From assembly GCA_965223155.1 (NCBI GenBank), contig CBDCVR010000014.1:1056001-1120000 (forward strand): DNA of 64,000 bases, in the 5' to 3' direction. Positions 61,094 through 64,000 of this stretch are shown here, piece by piece. The notes under the pieces are model-generated. The model was not told where the DNA came from, made no database searches, and saw nothing but the letters and a program-made list of their open reading frames with translations. The first letter of the stretch is position 1; each line of letters starts with the position of its first letter. The DNA comes from Candidatus Multivoradales bacterium (GTDB taxonomy: Bacteria > Acidobacteriota > Thermoanaerobaculia > Multivoradales > JAHEKO01). Both the position numbers and the translations under genes were made by a program.

Positions 61094-61633
61094 ATGGCAA
61101 GATTCATCAACAGGCGGCGGAGCCAGAAGGGTTTTACCCTGATCGAGCTCCTCATCGTCGTCGCGATCATCGGCATCATTGCCGCGATCCTCATCCCCAA
61201 CCTCCTGGACGCGCTCCAGAAGGCTAAGCAGAAGCGCACCGTCGGCGACATCCGGAACGTAGGCACCGCTTGGTTCTCCTGGTACCAGGATCAGCTCGGC
61301 GCCGCCTCGGCCGGTCAGACGTCGTACAACTTCGAAGGCATCGGCAGCACCATCTCCGCCGACAATCTTCTCTCGACGCTCTTCATCACCTCCCAGATGT
61401 TCTACATCCAGAAGATTCCGCCGAAGGACGCCTGGGGTACCGACTTTGAGTACCGCGCTGCGAGCGATCTCTCCAGCTCCACCTACATGGGCGTTCGGAG
61501 TTTGGGTCTCGGCGGTGTGAAGGAAGGCAGCACGTACATCATGGGCCCCTTCATCGCCACCGACTACTCCAAGGACATCGTCTGGGCGGACGGCTTTTTC
61601 GTCCAGTACCCCGCCGGTGTGCAGTCCCAATAG
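61094..61633 (+). CDS. Major type IV pilin / GspG-like pilin
   Basis: AAGGAG RBS; RRRSQKG/FTLIELLIVVAIIGIIAAILIP; KDAWG (DPWG-like) motif; own promoter and terminator. Confidence 0.93.
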   Translation: MARFINRRRSQKGFTLIELLIVVAIIGIIAAILIPNLLDALQKAKQKRTVGDIRNVGTAWFSWYQDQLGAASAGQTSYNFEGIGSTISADNLLSTLFITSQMFYIQKIPPKDAWGTDFEYRAASDLSSSTYMGVRSLGLGGVKEGSTYIMGPFIATDYSKDIVWADGFFVQYPAGVQSQ

Positions 61634-61664
61634 GGACCCACAACACGACCGTCATCTGACGTCG

Positions 61665-61696
61665 AGGCCGCCCTCTCCGGAGGGCGGCCTTTTTTT
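61665..61696 (+). terminator. Rho-independent terminator after the pilin gene
   Basis: AGGCCGCCCTC-TCCG-GAGGGCGGCCT followed by a T tract. Confidence 0.92.
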
Positions 61697-61768
61697 CTTG
61701 CCCCGAACCAAGATCTTGTTCCAAGCTTGCCTTGCGTTCGTCAAAGGCCTGCCAGTAGGGTCCCCGGC

Positions 61769-63178
61769 ATGAGACTTCTCCGAACGAATTCCCATTCACG
61801 GCCTCGGGGCTTGGCTCTGCTGGCCGCCGGGATCCTGGCGGCCGCCGCGCTCGGCGCCTCCTGCGCGCGCGAGGGCGAGGCCGCACCCCGGCAGGAAACC
61901 GAGTGGCTCCGTTCGTACCTGCAGATCGACACCACGAATCCTCCGGGTAACGAAGCCGAGGCAGCCGCGCTGTTGCGGGAAATCCTGCATCGAGAGGGCG
62001 TGACGACGCAGCTTCTGGTCTCTCCGGCGGGACGCACCAGTCTCTATGCCCGGATCGACGCCCCCGGATCGCCAGCGTCGGAGACCCTGCTCCTGACCCA
62101 TCACATAGACGTTGTCGCCCCGGGTCCGGGCTGGGAGGTGGATCCGTTCGCCGCGACCGTTCGCGACGGCGCCATCTGGGGGCGGGGCGCGGTGGACGTC
62201 AAGAGCCTCGGAATCGCCCAGCTAGCCGCGCTCTTGGCCGCCAAGCGCGCGAGCCGTCTCGAGCGCAACGTGGCCTTTCTGGCCGTGGCCGACGAGGAGG
62301 CCGGCGGCGGCGAAGGCACCCGGTGGCTTCTCGACCGGCACCCGGAGCTCTTCAAGGATGTGACCGCGGTCCTGGGCGAGGGCGGCGCCAACCGCGCCAT
62401 CGAAGGCCGCATCTTCTGGTGGGGCATCGAGGTCGCACAGAAGCGGCCGCTCTGGCTGGAGGCTACGGCGTACGGACGCTCCGGGCACGGTTCGATGTAC
62501 TACCCGGGGAGCGCGCCCCATCAGCTCACCCTCGCCCTCGCGCGGCTTCTGGAATCAACCCGGCCCTACCGGGCGACGAGCGAGGCCCGTGCCTACATGG
62601 AAGCGGTCGCGCCGTACCAACCGGTTCCTTTCCAGGCGATGGTCGCCGAGCTCGACACGGTGGTCGCCGCCGACAACGCCTACCAGCGCATGTTCCCGGG
62701 GACGGCCACCTACTTCGCCGACTCGCTCCAGGTCAACGTCCTGTCGGCCGGCGAGCGCATCAATTCGGTGCCGGGAAGCGCCAGCGCCCGCATCGACATC
62801 CGGCTTCTGCCGGACACCGACAGCGCCGAGTTTCTGGATTTCGCAAGGACCGCTTTGGGCGAGCAGGTCCAGGTTGAGGTACTGCTCGACGGTCCCCGGG
62901 TCGAGGCCTCGCCTACCGACAACTCGGTCTTCCGCTGTCTCGAGACCTCCCTCGGACCGCGCCCGGTGGTACCGGCCTTTATTCCCGGCATCACCGATTC
63001 TCGCTTCTACCGCGGCCAAGGCATCCCGGCCTATGGCTTCTCACCCTTCGCGCTCGACGCCACCGAGACTCTCGGCATCCACGGCAAGAACGAGCGCATC
63101 TCGATCGAAGCCTTTCTTGCCGGGGTCGACGTCTACGTCCGCGTCGTCCTGGGTTGCGCCGGTGCCTCCGGATCGTAG
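61769..63178 (+). CDS. Exported (probable lipoprotein) M20-family metallopeptidase/aminoacylase
   Basis: LGASC lipobox-like; HIDVV, GRGAVDVKS, DEE, GEGG, GHGS, IHGKNE all intact. Confidence 0.9.
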   Translation: MRLLRTNSHSRPRGLALLAAGILAAAALGASCAREGEAAPRQETEWLRSYLQIDTTNPPGNEAEAAALLREILHREGVTTQLLVSPAGRTSLYARIDAPGSPASETLLLTHHIDVVAPGPGWEVDPFAATVRDGAIWGRGAVDVKSLGIAQLAALLAAKRASRLERNVAFLAVADEEAGGGEGTRWLLDRHPELFKDVTAVLGEGGANRAIEGRIFWWGIEVAQKRPLWLEATAYGRSGHGSMYYPGSAPHQLTLALARLLESTRPYRATSEARAYMEAVAPYQPVPFQAMVAELDTVVAADNAYQRMFPGTATYFADSLQVNVLSAGERINSVPGSASARIDIRLLPDTDSAEFLDFARTALGEQVQVEVLLDGPRVEASPTDNSVFRCLETSLGPRPVVPAFIPGITDSRFYRGQGIPAYGFSPFALDATETLGIHGKNERISIEAFLAGVDVYVRVVLGCAGASGS

Positions 63179-63187
63179 AATCGTTCC

Positions 63188-63958
63188 GTGCCTGACTGGG
63201 TACTGATTCCCTATGTGGCGGTCTTCGGGGCCATCCTCGGCAGCTTCCTGAACGTCGTCGTCCACCGGCTACCGCGAGGTGTCTCGACGGTTACTCCCCG
63301 CTCGGCGTGTCCCTTTTGCGGAGCTCCGATTCGTGCCCGGGACAATATCCCGATCGTGAGCTGGCTCCTGCTACGCGGCCGCTGCCGCGCCTGCTCGGCA
63401 CCGATTTCCGTCCGCTATCCCTTGATCGAGCTTGCCACCGGCGGGCTCTTCGTCGCCTGTCTGCTCCGCTTCGGACTGACATGGAGAGGGGCCGTGGCGG
63501 CGCTCTTTTGCGCGCTGCTGCTGGTCCTGGCCCTGATCGATTTCGATCATTTCCTGCTGCCGGACAAGATCACCCTGCCGGGCTTGCTGGCCGGACTCGC
63601 GCTTCAGCCGGTCCACCGCTTCGCCGGCTTGACCGATAGTCTCCTAGGGGTGGTCACGGGCGCGGGCGCGCTCATCCTCCTCATCAACTTCTGGTACTGG
63701 CTGCGCGGCGAGGAAGGCATGGGCCTCGGCGACGTCAACATGCTGGCCATGATCGGCGCCTTTCTGGGTTGGCAGGGAGCCGCCGTCACCCTGGCATCCG
63801 CGACTCTCTTGGGGACGATCTTCGGACTCGCCATGGTGGCGCTGTCCCGCCTCGGAGGCCGCTCCCGGCTGCCCTTCGGCGTCTTTCTCGCTGCCGGCGC
63901 CATGGTCGCGCTCTTCTGGGGGGACGACCTCGTGCGCTCGTACCTTTCCCTCCTGTGA
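63188..63958 (+). CDS. pilD: Prepilin peptidase / N-methyltransferase
   Basis: GSFLNVVVHRLP, CPFC/CRAC, IDFDHFLLPD, MGLGD, LPFGVFL. Confidence 0.95.
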   Translation: MPDWVLIPYVAVFGAILGSFLNVVVHRLPRGVSTVTPRSACPFCGAPIRARDNIPIVSWLLLRGRCRACSAPISVRYPLIELATGGLFVACLLRFGLTWRGAVAALFCALLLVLALIDFDHFLLPDKITLPGLLAGLALQPVHRFAGLTDSLLGVVTGAGALILLINFWYWLRGEEGMGLGDVNMLAMIGAFLGWQGAAVTLASATLLGTIFGLAMVALSRLGGRSRLPFGVFLAAGAMVALFWGDDLVRSYLSLL

Positions 63959-64000
63959 GCCCGGGCCGGTGAGCTCCGCGGCGCGCGGCCTGCGCCTCGG

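Noticed and set aside
61094-61633. Calling the pilin an electrically conductive e-pilin
   Set aside because: It lacks aromatics at positions 24 and 27 and has a long aromatic-free gap; no cytochrome genes nearby.

Overview
High-GC bacterial chromosomal window, almost fully coding. Gene content and order suggest an Acidobacteriota-like diderm (inference only). From left to right: (1) a minus-strand operon of a helical protein, an SPFH/zinc-ribbon protein and three YdjG-like zinc-ribbon membrane proteins, the last running off the edge; (2) a secreted PQQ-like beta-propeller and a VanZ-family gene; (3) a dcw cluster mraZ to ftsZ without murB/ddl, with four MraZ boxes upstream; (4) two SurA/PpiC-type chaperones, mfd, a CPA2 antiporter, eno-ftsB, initiator tRNA-Met, yqgE, a 4-TM holin-like gene, nth, an SDR and dut; (5) a T2SS/type IV pilus-like operon led by an ECF sigma factor, a ZAS anti-sigma factor and a 'mini-secretin'; (6) waaA-lpxK-acyltransferase-waaF; (7) biotin carboxylase and biotin carrier; (8) a YfhO-like GT-C, a UbiA polyprenyl-phosphate phosphoribosyltransferase, a DegT aminotransferase and an AftB/TfpW-like GT-C; (9) a sigma-54-driven major pilin between two exported M20 peptidases, followed by prepilin peptidase. 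No mobile elements or CRISPR arrays were seen. The best candidates for new biology are the ECF/anti-sigma/mini-secretin module, the pilin locus with paired M20 enzymes and pentose-glycosylation genes, and the PspA-less SPFH/zinc-ribbon operon. All assignments come from reading motifs by eye; no searches were run.
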